Assembly (NCBI GenBank): GCA_049841135.1
Contig: JASGHK010000008.1
Span: forward strand, 275,272-339,271
DNA length: 64,000 nt
From: Myxococcales bacterium
GTDB lineage: Bacteria > Myxococcota > Myxococcia > Myxococcales > UBA5297
Direction: 5' to 3'
The position numbers and the translations under genes were made by a program. The notes under the pieces were generated by a model, which saw only the letters and a program-made list of their open reading frames with translations, did no database searches and was not told the DNA's origin. The stretch's first letter is position 1. Every line of letters starts with the position of its first letter. Shown piece after piece: positions 34,183 to 45,156 of the stretch.

Positions 34183-34948
34183 CTACGTCGGCGCCGCCTT
34201 GCTCCTCCGGGCGCGCGGCGCCGACGGCAGCTCCTTCGTCAGCTTCTCGCGGGACCACTCCGTCCAGGGACCGAGCACGGTCTCCGGCTGACCACGTGCG
34301 AGGGCCTCGTCCAGGGCCGTGCACATCGCGACGTACTCCGCGCACCAGGTTACCCGGGGCGCCAACGCGGCGAACTGCTCTTTGGCCTGGGCGAGGAACG
34401 GCCGCGCTTCGTCGCAGCGCGCGAGCCTGGCGAGACAGCAGGCGCGGTTGAAGAGCCGGTGGTCCTTCGAGAGGATCTCGTCCTGCTCAAACACTCCCAG
34501 CAACCCGGTGACGGTCGCGGTCTCCTCTAGCCAAGGCTTCACCTCCTGGGCGACGTACTGCTCGAATCGCACCGAAGATGCGCGCCAGTTCGGGCTCGGG
34601 CTTCACCAAAGGGACCGACCAGTGGTCGGTCGCCAGCCAGTGGCTCGACGGTCCGTAACACACCGTGGCCTCGACCGGGGCCTTGCCGTGCTGAGGCACG
34701 CCGAGCGTCCCTCCAGGAGAGAGAAAGATGTGGCCGGGCTTGGTGAACAGCGCGCTCGAGGCGTAGGTGACACCGAACGTGGTTCCCAAGAACCAATCTC
34801 CCCGCGTGTCGATCGCTACGATCTGGAGGATGTCCTCGCGCACGCGGGAGAGCTGCAATGGCCGTCCGGACTTGGCGAAGCCGAGCGGTCCGAGAAGGGA
34901 GAGGAGGCTCTCGCGCAGCGGCCGGAACGGCTTGATGGGAACGCTCAT
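34183..34948 (-). CDS. Hypothetical protein (frameshift near 34560 joining ORFs 34487..34948 and 34183..34572)
   Basis: ...SVPLVKPEPELARIF in one frame continues as (V)RFEQYVAQEVKPWLEETATV... in the next. Both halves have protein-like composition. Confidence 0.45.
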
Positions 34949-35233
34949 GGGTCTCGGCTCCGAGTACGACGAACGGCGGCGTTCCGGTCACGCTACCCGC
35001 ACGCAGACGGGGCCGCGAGGGCTGGCACCGAGGCTCCAGAACTCCGAAGAAAGCGCGTGTCTCGAAACGCAACCGAATCAGCAGCGCCGTGAGACTGCCG
35101 AAGCCGACCGAGGTGGCGCCCGCATTCGGGGCCCGACCGAGGCGGCAGCGGGTGGTGTTCGAAGGCACGCCAAGACTGCTGCAGGGGGCGAAGAAGCCGC
35201 TGACCGGCGCGGCGAGATCTGAACGACCGAGCC

Positions 35234-35542
35234 CTATTCCGAGCAGTGACTGTGGGCCCGGTTGCACTCCACGAAGCTGGGGAAGACCCTTTTGCAGTCG
35301 GGGCCATCGCACCGGCAGCCGCACATCGTCGCTGGAGGCAGCGCCTCACAGGCGCTGCCATTCCACACCCACTGCGCCCCTATGCAGCAGGACTGGATTG
35401 AGTAGCGCGCGTCGAGAGCCAGGACTCCCGGCGAGGAGAACGCCGAGCTGCAGTGGGCGCGACAGCCCGGACTCAAAGCGGCCACGGTGGTCAGGAGCAT
35501 GACTGCGCCGAGCCGGCCCCTCTTCGCGATGAGCGCTCGCAT
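35234..35542 (-). CDS. Small Cys-rich lipoprotein
   Basis: MRALIAKRGRLGAVMLLTTVAALSPGCRAHC... with 10 Cys in ~100 aa. Start chosen at the internal Met before the signal peptide. Confidence 0.4.
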   Translation of the reverse strand: MRALIAKRGRLGAVMLLTTVAALSPGCRAHCSSAFSSPGVLALDARYSIQSCCIGAQWVWNGSACEALPPATMCGCRCDGPDCKRVFPSFVECNRAHSHCSE

Positions 35543-36208
35543 TGGGATCCCCGCTTTCAGTCGCAGCGCGTCGACCCGCAGTGCGACCAGACCCCGAATC
35601 TGCCGCGCCCGTCGCTCTTCTCGGTCCTCTGGAATCTCGCTCTCCCCGAGGTGGAACGGCCCGCAGGATACACCCATCGCCCGGCGGGCCTTCCTCCGAC
35701 CTCGCTTCGCGCCGGGAAGACCGGGTCGACTCCCTCGAAGCTCCGCCTTTGGGCGGCAGCTCCAGATGCACCTGCCCTCCGCGTGCCGGCCTCGGGCGGG
35801 ATGGCCAGGAGCGCCTGCGCACGCTCAAGCCCGCCCGGATCGGGTGCTGGCGGCGCTTCTGCGTCCGGCACTTCGATCTCCTGAGCGTCGGCGGCGAGCT
35901 GCGAGGCATCCCAGGGCGGAGCGACGGAGGCATCGGCCGGGGCGATCGAAGCGGCGTCCTCGGAGACGCCCCGCCACGTCCGCCGCCGTCGAAGAAGGAG
36001 GCTGGGGGCAGGCGGCGAGACCCAGGCCGCAGACGGGGACGAGCGGGAGAGAGGTCGCACGCTCCATTCATCGCCCAGCGAGGGGCTGCGGCCACCTCCC
36101 GGGACCTCGAGGCGCGACCGCCAACTGTCGACCCGAGGATGATCGCCACTTTTCGTTGGTGGGTCGGGTCGCCGGGCCCGAGCCCGATGGGCACAATTCC
36201 TCTCCGCC

Positions 36209-37525
36209 ATGCCCCCCCATTTCCAGCCCGAACCCCTGCGTACCGTCCCCTCGCCCCACCCCCTGACCGGTGAGCTCGGCACGTCCGTCCTGCGCCTGTA
36301 CCTGACGGTGCGAGCGGCCACCGAGGACCTGTGCAAGACGCTCGAGCCCGAGGACTACGTCGTCCAGTCCATGCCCGAGGCGAGCCCGGCCAAGTGGCAC
36401 CTGGGCCACACGAGCTGGTTCTTCGAGACCTTCCTGCTGCGCGAGCACCTTCGCGGCTACGAGCCCTACGACCCGAGCTGGGCCTTCCTCTTCAACTCGT
36501 ATTACGAGGCCGCCGGCCCGCGGATCGCCCGGGCCAGCCGCGGCATGCTGACGCGGCCGACCGTCGAAGAGGTCGTGGCCTACCGCCACCACGTCGATTC
36601 CCGGATGGAGGACCTGCTGCGCAAGCTCGACGAGTCGCGCCTCTCCGACCTCGTCCCGTCCATCCTGCTCGGCCTGCACCACGAGCAGCAGCACCAGGAG
36701 CTGCTGCTGACCGACCTCAAGCACGCCTTCTCGCTCAACCCGCTCGAGCCCGCCTACCGCCACCTCCCCGCACCGTGCGAGGGCGCGGCGATGCCTCACG
36801 CTTGGGCCGCCTTCCCCGAGGGCCTGCGCTGGCTCGGCTACCACGGCCTGGGCTTCTCCTACGACCACGAGCGCCCGCGGCACCGCGTCTTCCTGGAGGC
36901 GTACCAGCTGGCGACGCGGCTGGTCACCAACGCCGAGTTCCAGGGCTTCGTCGAGGACGGCGGCTACCGGCGTCCCGAGCTGTGGCTCTCGGAGGGCTGG
37001 GAGCAGGTCCAGCGCCACGGCTGGCGGGCGCCGCTGTACTGGCGCGACGCGGGCGACGGGACCTGGCGCACCTTCACGCTCGGCGGAGCGCGGCCGCTCG
37101 CGCCGGCCGAGCCGGTCTGCCACGTCAGCTACTACGAGGCCGACGCCTTCGCGCGCTGGGCCAAGGCGCGCCTGCCCACCGAGGCCGAGTGGGAGATCGC
37201 CGCCAACCACCTGGACGTGGAGGGCAACTTCGTCGAGTCCGGGCGGCTGCACCCATGCGCCGCCGGCCCCGGCGGCGAAGCCATCGCCCAGCTCTTCGGC
37301 GACGTCTGGGAATGGACCGCCAGCCCCTACGCGCCCTACCCCGGCTTCCAGCCCGAGCCGGGCGCCTTCGGCGAGTACAACGGCAAGTTCATGGTCAACC
37401 AGATGGTGCTGCGCGGCGGCTCGTGCGTCAGCCCGCGCAACCACCTGCGCGCGACCTACCGCAACTTCTTCGCCCCGCACTCCCGCTGGCAGTTCGCCGG
37501 CATCCGGCTGGCGAAGGACGCGTAG
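36209..37525 (+). CDS. egtB: Ergothioneine biosynthesis protein EgtB (hercynine sulfoxide synthase; DinB_2 plus FGE-sulfatase domains)
   Basis: DinB-type iron site HHEQQHQELLLTD. FGE-sulfatase C-domain GDVWEWTASPYAPYPGF...RGGSCVSPRNHLRATYRNFFAPHSRWQFAGIRLA. About 438 aa, with no OvoA-like methyltransferase extension. Confidence 0.8.
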   Translation: MPPHFQPEPLRTVPSPHPLTGELGTSVLRLYLTVRAATEDLCKTLEPEDYVVQSMPEASPAKWHLGHTSWFFETFLLREHLRGYEPYDPSWAFLFNSYYEAAGPRIARASRGMLTRPTVEEVVAYRHHVDSRMEDLLRKLDESRLSDLVPSILLGLHHEQQHQELLLTDLKHAFSLNPLEPAYRHLPAPCEGAAMPHAWAAFPEGLRWLGYHGLGFSYDHERPRHRVFLEAYQLATRLVTNAEFQGFVEDGGYRRPELWLSEGWEQVQRHGWRAPLYWRDAGDGTWRTFTLGGARPLAPAEPVCHVSYYEADAFARWAKARLPTEAEWEIAANHLDVEGNFVESGRLHPCAAGPGGEAIAQLFGDVWEWTASPYAPYPGFQPEPGAFGEYNGKFMVNQMVLRGGSCVSPRNHLRATYRNFFAPHSRWQFAGIRLAKDA

Positions 37526-37566
37526 CCTCGGCGGGCAGCGTCGACTGGCTCGAGGGCCCCAACGGC

Positions 37567-38321
37567 GTGGACAACCTCCCCGACAGGACCGGCAACGCGG
37601 CGGCGGCGCAGTGGGCCGCCAAGTTCTTCGCGCACTTCGCCGACCTCGCCGACGCTGCCGGCTACCCCCCGCTCATCGGCGCCATCCCCAGCGGCAAGCC
37701 GGCACTCTCGGGTGAGCTGGGCTCGGGCTCCGAGAACCTGTTCGAGCCCATCGCCACCGCGATGAAGGCCAAGAGCTACCGTTGGGGCTGGAGCTACCAC
37801 GCCTTCTCCACCTACCTCGCCCACGACAGCGTCCTCGAGGCCGCCACCACGCTGCGCTACCGGAGGATTGTCTCGGAGTGCGGATTGGAGCTGGTGCCGC
37901 TGGTCATCACCGCCACAGGCCAGGCCGGCGGCTGGCTCAACTCCAGCACGTCCGCGACCGCCTACCTCGAGTGGCTCGACTGGCTCGACGCGCAGCTCAA
38001 GCAGGACGGCGTGCCCGCGGCGCTCTTCCAGTTCGGGGACACGGCCTCCCAATACGAGCTGGCCGGCATCGCCGATGGCCTCGTCAACCTCCTCACGTCG
38101 ACCACCTCGCGAGACGCAGGCCTCGACGCCATCCCGGGTGCCCCCGCGACGGCGGCGTTGCCGTTCCCGCGGATGCCGCTTCGGGGAGCGAGGGACCTGG
38201 TTCGCACGGGGGGCACGGCATCCCGGTCGAGAACCAGAGCTGCTCCGCCGCGGGCGCGGGCTCGGGCACTGCGCTCTTCGCCCTGGCGGCGGGCTTCCTG
38301 CTCCTGCGCCGACGCCGCTGA
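37567..38321 (+). CDS. Hypothetical protein ending in a MYXO-CTERM-like tail (frameshift ~38170; start uncertain)
   Basis: Frame 1 reads ...YRWGWSYHAFSTYLAHDSVLEAATTLRY...LEWLDWLDAQLKQDG...APATAALPFP. Frame 3 then reads ADAASGSEGPGSHGGHGIPVENQSCSAAGAGSGTALFALAAGFLLLRRRR*. No in-frame ATG or signal peptide was found after the egtB stop. Confidence 0.45.
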
Positions 38322-38390
38322 TGGCGGCCGCGCAACTCGCGCGGCCGGTCCCTCATCCATAGCCTCTCTCGAAGGCTAGGAGAGCCATGC

Positions 38391-39455
38391 ATGCCCCACC
38401 TGTTCTCGCCGCTCCCCCTGCGGTCGGTGACGCTGCGCAACCGCCTGATGATCTCGCCGATGTGCATGTACTCGGCGAAGGACGGGCTGGCGAACGACTG
38501 GCATCTCGCTCACTTGGGGGCCCGCGCTGCCGGCGGAGCGGGCCTCGTCTGTGCCGAGGCGACCGCGATCGAGCCGCGCGGCCGAATCTCGCCCGCCGAC
38601 CTCGGGCTGTGGAGCGACGCCCAGATCGAGCCGCTGGCCCGCGTCGCCCGCTTCGTCGCCTCGCAAGGTGCGGTCCCGGCGATCCAGCTGGCGCACGCCG
38701 GCCGCAAGGCCTCGACCTCTCCGCCGTGGGAGGGAGGCGGACCGCTCGCGCCCACCCTGGGCGGCTGGGAGCCGGTCGCGCCCTCCGCGCTGCCCTTTGC
38801 GCCCGGCCACGCGATGCCCCGCGCCCTCGCTACGCACGAGCTGCCGGTCATGGTCGACGCGTTCGTGCAGGCCACGCGGCGCGCGCTCGCCGCGGGATTC
38901 CAGGCCGTGGAGATCCACGCCGCCCACGGCTATCTCCTTCACCAGTTCCTCTCCCCGCTGTCCAACGAGCGGACCGACGACTTCGGCGGCCGCTTCGAGA
39001 ACCGGGTGCGGCTGACGCTGCAGGTCGTCGAGGCGGTCCGCGCGGAGTGGCCGGAGCGGCTTCCGCTGCTCCTGCGCATCTCCACCACCGATTGGGCAAA
39101 AGGCGGCTGGGACGTCGAGCAGTCGGTCGAGCTGGCCCGGCTCGTCTCCAAGCGCGGCGTGGACCTCGTCGACTGCTCCTCCGGCGGCCTGGTGCCGCAC
39201 GCCAAGATCCCGGTCGGACCTGGCTTCCAGGTGCCGGCCGGCGAGCGGGTGCGGCGCGAGGCGGGCGTCCCGGTCGTGGCGGTGGGGCTCATCACCGAGG
39301 CTCGCCAGGCCGATGCGCTGGTCCGCGAGGAGAAGGCGGACGTGGTGGCCATCGCCCGCCAGTCCCTTCGCGACCCGAGCTTCCCGCTGCATGCGGCGAA
39401 GGAGCTGGGGGTGGACGTGGCCTGGCCGGTGCAATACCAGCGGGCCAAGCCGTAG
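38391..39455 (+). CDS. NADH:flavin oxidoreductase (Old Yellow Enzyme family, NamA-like)
   Basis: OYE motifs: SPMCMYS, HLGARAAGGAGLV, QLAHAGRKAS, VEIHAAHGYLLHQFLSPLSNERTDDFGG, and the C-terminal DVVAIARQSLRDPSFP. Confidence 0.85.
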   Translation: MPHLFSPLPLRSVTLRNRLMISPMCMYSAKDGLANDWHLAHLGARAAGGAGLVCAEATAIEPRGRISPADLGLWSDAQIEPLARVARFVASQGAVPAIQLAHAGRKASTSPPWEGGGPLAPTLGGWEPVAPSALPFAPGHAMPRALATHELPVMVDAFVQATRRALAAGFQAVEIHAAHGYLLHQFLSPLSNERTDDFGGRFENRVRLTLQVVEAVRAEWPERLPLLLRISTTDWAKGGWDVEQSVELARLVSKRGVDLVDCSSGGLVPHAKIPVGPGFQVPAGERVRREAGVPVVAVGLITEARQADALVREEKADVVAIARQSLRDPSFPLHAAKELGVDVAWPVQYQRAKP

Positions 39456-39691
39456 CGCGGCCCTCCCCCCTGCCCCACCCAAATTGCGGGAGGGGGTTAG
39501 TCGGTTGCCTTCGGCTACCTCGGTCGAAGCGCTTCGCACCTCCGCGTCCTCCGAGCCGGTCTTCTCGGCGCTCGAATGGGTTCGACGCACGCGGCCCATC
39601 GACCGCTCCGATGACATCATTCGGTGCCATCTGTTGGGTCTATCGCCGCGGCGATCGGTACCTTGCCTCGCCGATGTGAACGCGACCGCCT

Positions 39692-41092
39692 ATGGGCGAG
39701 ATCCGCGCCGACTCCGTCGCCATCTCCCAGGGCCTCGAGCGCGCAGCCCGAACTCCTCGAAGACTCATGGAGACCTCCTTGGCCGACTACGACTGGAATC
39801 GAATCAAAGCCCTCAACAACGGCGAGCCCGTCTTCTGCTGCGGTCCGGTCCTCGATACGCCAGAGGAGGTCTGGTTCTACATCCCGCCGACGTTCCTCCA
39901 CCCGGAGCTGCGGATCTGGAGCCGCGGAAAGCTCGCCGAGGCGGTCGAGACGACGCCCACCGGCCCGGTGGCGCGGCGCGAGGCGCTCTACCAACTGCTC
40001 GGGGAGCTCTTCGTCGAGATCGAGGTGCGCGGCGACCAGGCCATCGTGCGCCGCGGCAACCTCAACGGCGCCTACTTCGCCTCCCTCGCCCCCGCCTCCG
40101 AGGTCGACGGGCTGCTCGCGTGGTACCGCGGCCTCGGATTCGCCGACGGCTCGCCCTGGCACGCCACGCCGACCAAGGTCGCCAAGCGGACCTTCGCCAA
40201 GCCTCCACGGGTCATCGACCTCTGGGTCGACGGCAACTATCTCGTCGAGTGGCCGCGGGGCGCCGAGGCGCAGATCACCGAGCTGAAGAGCCGCGCCGAG
40301 GCCGAAGCCGCCGCCAGCCTGCGCGTCCAGGCCCTCGGCGACGACGGGATGCGCCTGCACGCCATCGAGCTCAAGGCCGCGACGCAGCCCAACCCGCCGA
40401 TCGTCTCTTCACGTCCAGCTCCGGAGCGCAGGCCTCCCGCCACGATCCCCGAGCCGACCAACGCCTTCGAAGCGGTCGATGCGGCCATCGCCACGCTCGC
40501 CGACCTGCACGACCGCCATCGCCGCGGGCACATGGTCCTCGAGCGCCTCGGCAGCGACGACCCGCGCATCGCCGAGCTCGGCCACGACAGCGAGTTCTTC
40601 CGCAAGCTCCACGACCACCGGTTCGCACGCTGGGCCAGGCTCGCCCAGGCCACCGAGCCCTCGATCAGTGAGTCCTCCTTCGCCTACTTCGAGCGCCGCT
40701 ACGGCGGCATCACCTGGATCATCAGCCCCAGCCTCGATGCGAAGGTCGCCGGCAGCCACGTCGACGAGCTGAGCGGCGGCGGCTACAGCCCGCTGCAGAT
40801 CGAAGCCTCTGGCACCTACGACATCGCGGAGCTGGCCGAGGCCAAGGGCTCTCCGGACCTGAACCACCTGCACGTCTTCCACGGCGGCTCGCACCACGGC
40901 TACTCCTTCGCCCTCGATCGGCGCTTCACCTCGCCCACCGGCGAGCACCCGGTGATCCCCTTCGACGAGGGCGCGCCGGAGCTGCCGGCTTCGGCTCCCA
41001 ACGAGATCCAGCCCTTCGGCTTCTGGTTGCTCGAGCACGTCAGGGCGATCGCGGAGAAGGTCGAGCCCGCCCTGCGCGAGGTCGACGGATGA
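39692..41092 (+). CDS. Hypothetical protein (possible start at internal Met ~39767)
   Basis: 466-aa ORF with balanced composition and no recognisable motifs. Confidence 0.45.
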   Translation: MGEIRADSVAISQGLERAARTPRRLMETSLADYDWNRIKALNNGEPVFCCGPVLDTPEEVWFYIPPTFLHPELRIWSRGKLAEAVETTPTGPVARREALYQLLGELFVEIEVRGDQAIVRRGNLNGAYFASLAPASEVDGLLAWYRGLGFADGSPWHATPTKVAKRTFAKPPRVIDLWVDGNYLVEWPRGAEAQITELKSRAEAEAAASLRVQALGDDGMRLHAIELKAATQPNPPIVSSRPAPERRPPATIPEPTNAFEAVDAAIATLADLHDRHRRGHMVLERLGSDDPRIAELGHDSEFFRKLHDHRFARWARLAQATEPSISESSFAYFERRYGGITWIISPSLDAKVAGSHVDELSGGGYSPLQIEASGTYDIAELAEAKGSPDLNHLHVFHGGSHHGYSFALDRRFTSPTGEHPVIPFDEGAPELPASAPNEIQPFGFWLLEHVRAIAEKVEPALREVDG

Positions 41093-41140
41093 CCGCGGTC
41101 GGTCGCTGGAGAGCGTCGCGGGCCTCTTCGCCGCCAGGCG

Positions 41141-41356
41141 CTAGTCCGCTCCCCACAAGTAGAGGTCCTCGACCTTCTTGCGCGCCCAGGGCGTTCGGCG
41201 CAGGAAGGTCAAACTCGACTTCACGCTTGGGTTGTTCTCGAAGCAGCGGATGGGGATCAGCTTCGCGAGCGAGGCCCAGCCATGCCGCTCGACCAGGGTC
41301 GTGACGATGGTCTCCAGCGTGATGCCGTGGAGCGGGTCCTTGTGTCCGGTCGTCAT
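41141..41356 (-). CDS. VF530-family (DUF2132) small putative DNA-binding protein
   Basis: 71 aa: ...[56 protein letters not shown] matches the conserved VF530 core. Confidence 0.65.
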   Translation of the reverse strand: MTTGHKDPLHGITLETIVTTLVERHGWASLAKLIPIRCFENNPSVKSSLTFLRRTPWARKKVEDLYLWGAD

Positions 41357-41759
41357 CGGCGCTCCCGTTCCCCTCGCGCGCAGACCCTATCACCGCCGAG
41401 TATTCCGAACGCCGCCTCTTGAGAGTCGGCGCATGCTGCCACTCGTTCGCCGCCCAGCAGCGCAATCGGGACGCGCGGACTGCGTTCAACGCGGGGCCCT
41501 GTGCGCTGAGGCGGAAATTGAAGAGCCAGTGCGGGTGCACGCCCGTGCGGCCACGCGAACGGGTGAAGGACCCGCCGTGCTCCGCAGCCATTCGGCGGCC
41601 CAGCCGTTCACCTCCCACCTGCCGGTGCCGAACAGGGATCTGCGCGAACAACGAGCAGGCCCGTGCTGCGGTCCCGGCGTGCCTCAAACCAGCGGACATC
41701 CAGAAGTGCTGCGGCTAACGTCCGCGGCTCTCGCGTTCGCGTTCAGGAGATGCTGATTC

Positions 41760-42401
41760 ATGACTGCCGACAACAACGAGCCGACGACGTACCACCAGAT
41801 CCCCGGCGCGAGCTGGAAGAAGGTCGCCACGCAGGAGGCCCGCAAGGCCTACGACGTCATGGCGGTGACCCGGGGCAGCATCGGCCTGGAGGACCTCTTT
41901 GGTGTCGAGCCTGAGCACTTCCTGATCCACCGCGGCGACTTGCACCTTGTCGGCCCCCAGCGCTTCAGGCACGTGCCCGACCGCGACAACCGCACCATCT
42001 TCGTCGTCGATGGCAGCCTGACCGTCGATGGGGCGCTCGCGCTCGACAACTCCGACGCCTACACGCCGCTGTGGGTTCGCGGCTCGCTCACCGCCACCGA
42101 GCTGGTGCTTGCCTGCGATGCGTGCTTGTTCGTCGAGGGGCAGCTGGAGGTGAAGGGCGTGCTGGTCACCGATCTCAGCGACGCGGGCCACCTAGTCGTG
42201 CATGGAGCCACCGCGGCCAAGGCGTGGATCAAGTCGGGCGGTCGCGGCTGCGTCGAGCTCGGTGGGAAACCCCAGGCGCGAATCATCGGAGACGGGGGTG
42301 ACGCGATGGACCAGGCGTTGCGACCGGACGTCTTTCACGGGGGCGATCGCTTCACGGAGCTCCGTGACGCCCTCCTTGCCGGGGCGCCGGTCCTCAAGTA
42401 G
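41760..42401 (+). CDS. Hypothetical protein
   Basis: 213-aa ORF with protein-like composition. No family assigned. Confidence 0.45.
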   Translation: MTADNNEPTTYHQIPGASWKKVATQEARKAYDVMAVTRGSIGLEDLFGVEPEHFLIHRGDLHLVGPQRFRHVPDRDNRTIFVVDGSLTVDGALALDNSDAYTPLWVRGSLTATELVLACDACLFVEGQLEVKGVLVTDLSDAGHLVVHGATAAKAWIKSGGRGCVELGGKPQARIIGDGGDAMDQALRPDVFHGGDRFTELRDALLAGAPVLK

Positions 42402-42492
42402 CGGCCCCTCCTCTGGCCACCTGCCGCTGGCCCCCAGGCGTACGTCGCAGAAAGGTCGGGCTCGACTTCACGCTCGGGCCCTGGAGCCGGCC

Positions 42493-44074
42493 ATGGCCAA
42501 GCCCAAGCCCGACGCGCCGCAGACCCTGCGCCAAGCCGCCGCCTCGCTCGCGGTCGAGCCCGACGGCAGCTTCTTCTTCGCCTGCGGCCCCGGCGCCTAC
42601 CTCAACGGCAGCTGGAACGGCTTCGGCCGCTTCGACGCCGCCTCGGGGAAGGTCGCCAAGGTCGAGGCGCCGTTCAGCGGCCCCATCGCGCACCTCGGCG
42701 GCGACGTGGTCGGCCTGGAGCGCAAGTACGAGAAGGACCACTTCGTCTACGTGCTCAAGCGCGCCGACCGCATCAGCGGCGCCGTCCAGGCCGTCTTCGA
42801 GCCGCTGGAGCTCGAGGTCCAGGGCCTCGCGCCGAGCCCCAACGGCGGCTGGATCGCGGCGGTCGGGAAGGGCGAGGTCGCCGTCTTCGATCCCTCGGGC
42901 AAGAAGGTCGAGTCGCGCAAGGCCCAGGCGGCGTGCTTTACCGGGCCCGATGAGCTCCTCTACGCCACCTTCGCCACGACCGCGCGCCGCGACCTCGCCA
43001 CAGGCCGCGAGACTCCGGTGGACATCAAGGACAAGGTCTCGCTCCACGGCGTGCTGCGCCCGCGCGATGGCTGGGTGCTCTCGCCCCGAGGCGAGGTCCT
43101 CGAGCTGTCCACCGGCAGGGCGCGAGGCTCGGCCGCGGGACGTACTGCTGGGGCGTCGAGCCCGGGACCGTGGTGCGCTCCACGTTCGAGGGGATGGTCG
43201 AGGTGCTCGAGCTCGACGGCAAGGTCCTGCACTCGTTCGCGCGGCCGCGGGGCCGGGACATCCTCCAGGCCTGGACCGCCGCCGGCTGGTACGTGCTCAC
43301 CACCGGCACCTTCATCGAGCGCTACCCGCTGGCCAGAGCGGACTCGCTCCCGAAAGAGCGCGCCGAGCGCAAGCTCCCGTCCGCCCGCAAGCCGGTGACC
43401 TCCGAGGCCGACCAGGACGCCCGCGCCGCCCAGCTCCTCCAGGCCTACTTCGACCGCCCCGACGACCCCTCGCTCCTCGCCGTCTGGGCCGACGTCCTCG
43501 CCGAGCACGGCGATCCCCGCGGCGAGTTCATCCAGCTCCACCTGATCGGCCAGCAGGCGACGCCCGGCGGCTCGAGGTCCTGCGCGCCAACGGCGGCGGC
43601 AAGATGGTCGGACCGGCCCGGGAGTTTCTGCGCTCCTGGCGCTTCGGGGAGAATGGCCTCGTCGAGCACGCGACCTGCGAGGCCCAGAAGCTCGCCGAGG
43701 GCTTCGCGGCCATCGCGATGCTCAGCCCGCAGCTCTCGCTGCAGGTCACCTCGCTGCGCAAGAGGACCAAGGCCACCGTCCCCTTGCTCGCCAAGCTCCC
43801 GCTCGGCCGCGTCCCCACCCTCCACTTCAGCTCCAACTTGATGACCGACGCCGTCCTCGCGCAGCTCGCGCCCGCGTTCTCGGGCGTGCGCAGCCTCTCG
43901 CTCGAGTACAACGAGCTCACCGCGGACGGCCTGCTGAAGGCGCTGCCCCACCTGAAGAGCGTCAAGGAGCTCCAAATCGACCGGCCCCTGGCGAACGACC
44001 GCTCGGTCCGCGAGGCCCTCCTCGAGCAGCTTCCGGCTCTCGAGCTCCTCAACCAGGAGAAGGTGCGCGGCTGA
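42493..44074 (+). CDS. TIGR02996-type repeat-companion domain plus leucine-rich-repeat protein. Two frameshifts (~43130 and ~43570) spread it over three frames
   Basis: The segment QLLQAYFDRPDDPSLLAVWADVLAEHGDPRGEFIQLHL resembles the repeat-companion domain (..ADWLEE.GDP.R.EFI.L). C-terminal LRRs read LSLEYNELTADGLLKALPHLKSVKELQID. The three pieces are ORF 42202..43398 (from MAKPKP), ORF 43170..43841 and the tail of ORF 42950..44074. Confidence 0.6.
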
Positions 44075-44379
44075 CGGTCGTCGAGGGGGTCCGGTCGTGG
44101 CGAGGCGGTGCTCCACGACCTCGGTCGTCCGCTGGAGGAGCCTCGCGGGCCCTGGCGGCGACAGAGCGTAGATTTCCTCGCGACGCGAGCGAACGATGAC
44201 GCGCCTGAACAGGAGCGTCGGGAGCGCCCGCCTGAGGATGAGTCGACCAGACCCACGCCGAGCTTGGAGACGAGCCCGGACAGCGCGGGACTATCGCGGA
44301 GGGTCCGCCGGTTCCAGGCGCCTTCGGTCGAGAAGCTCCTCGGACGGGCTCGGGGCGGCGGCGGGGAGGTCGGACGAGC

Positions 44380-45141
44380 ATGACGCACGCAGGGAGTCGA
44401 GGACTTCGGTTCGGAGGGAGAGGTAGCGCTGAACCGAAGGCGCGGTCGAAGACCTCGGCGAGGAAGGCCGTGGCCTGGGCGATCGCCTTGGCGGCCACTG
44501 CCGCCAGCATCTCCTCGGCGAGCGCGATGCCGGCCACCATCGTCGACCAGATGACCGGGGCCCAGTTCGTCGAGCGCCCGGTCGTCGGCGGCACCGCGTT
44601 CCACTGCCTGGGCGTCGGCTCGCGCAAGGCGTTCGTCTTCAAGCTCTACTCGGTGGCGTTCTGCCTGGAGTCCTCCTCGGCGGACCGAGTGCTCGACGAG
44701 GCGCTCGGCTGGCACGGCCAGGAGCAGGGCAGGACGCTCGCCAAGTCGCTCGAGCGGGACGAGCGGCTCTTCGCGGCGCTGGCCTCCGCCCCGGGCGACA
44801 AGATGATCGTCCTGCGCTTCGCGCGAAACGTGAACCGCGGGCAGCTCGAGGGAGCGCTGCGCGGCGCGCTCGACGACATCCTGCCCGCCTCGGACGTGGC
44901 GCGCGTCGTCAGCGCCGCCGCCTGCCCGGACGGCGTCAAGGAAGGCGAGGTGGCCCTCCTGCGCTCGAAGGGCGACCAGTTCGTCGTGGAGCTCGGACCG
45001 GTCCAGCGCGTGCTCTCCCGAGCCGAGACCATCAACGAGCGGCTGTGGGGCATCTGGCTCGGCCCGCACAGCTCCACGTCCAACCTCAAGGAGTCCATCG
45101 CGACGCGGATCGCCCGCGCCCGCGACAGCTCGCTGCGCTGA
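44380..45141 (+). CDS. Chalcone-isomerase-like (CHI-fold) family secreted protein
   Basis: Signal-like AVAWAIALAATAASISSASA. Bacterial CHI-like signature VVGGTAFHCLGVGSRKAFVFKLYSVAFCLE. Start codon uncertain. Confidence 0.55.
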   Translation: MTHAGSRGLRFGGRGSAEPKARSKTSARKAVAWAIALAATAASISSASAMPATIVDQMTGAQFVERPVVGGTAFHCLGVGSRKAFVFKLYSVAFCLESSSADRVLDEALGWHGQEQGRTLAKSLERDERLFAALASAPGDKMIVLRFARNVNRGQLEGALRGALDDILPASDVARVVSAAACPDGVKEGEVALLRSKGDQFVVELGPVQRVLSRAETINERLWGIWLGPHSSTSNLKESIATRIARARDSSLR

Positions 45142-45156
45142 GCCGCTCGCCTCGGA

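Noticed and set aside
39465-39510. CCCTCCCC...GGGAGGGG segment after the OYE gene as a Rho-independent terminator
   Set aside because: The two arms are not exact complements, the loop is ~19 nt and there is no U-tract. Weak evidence.
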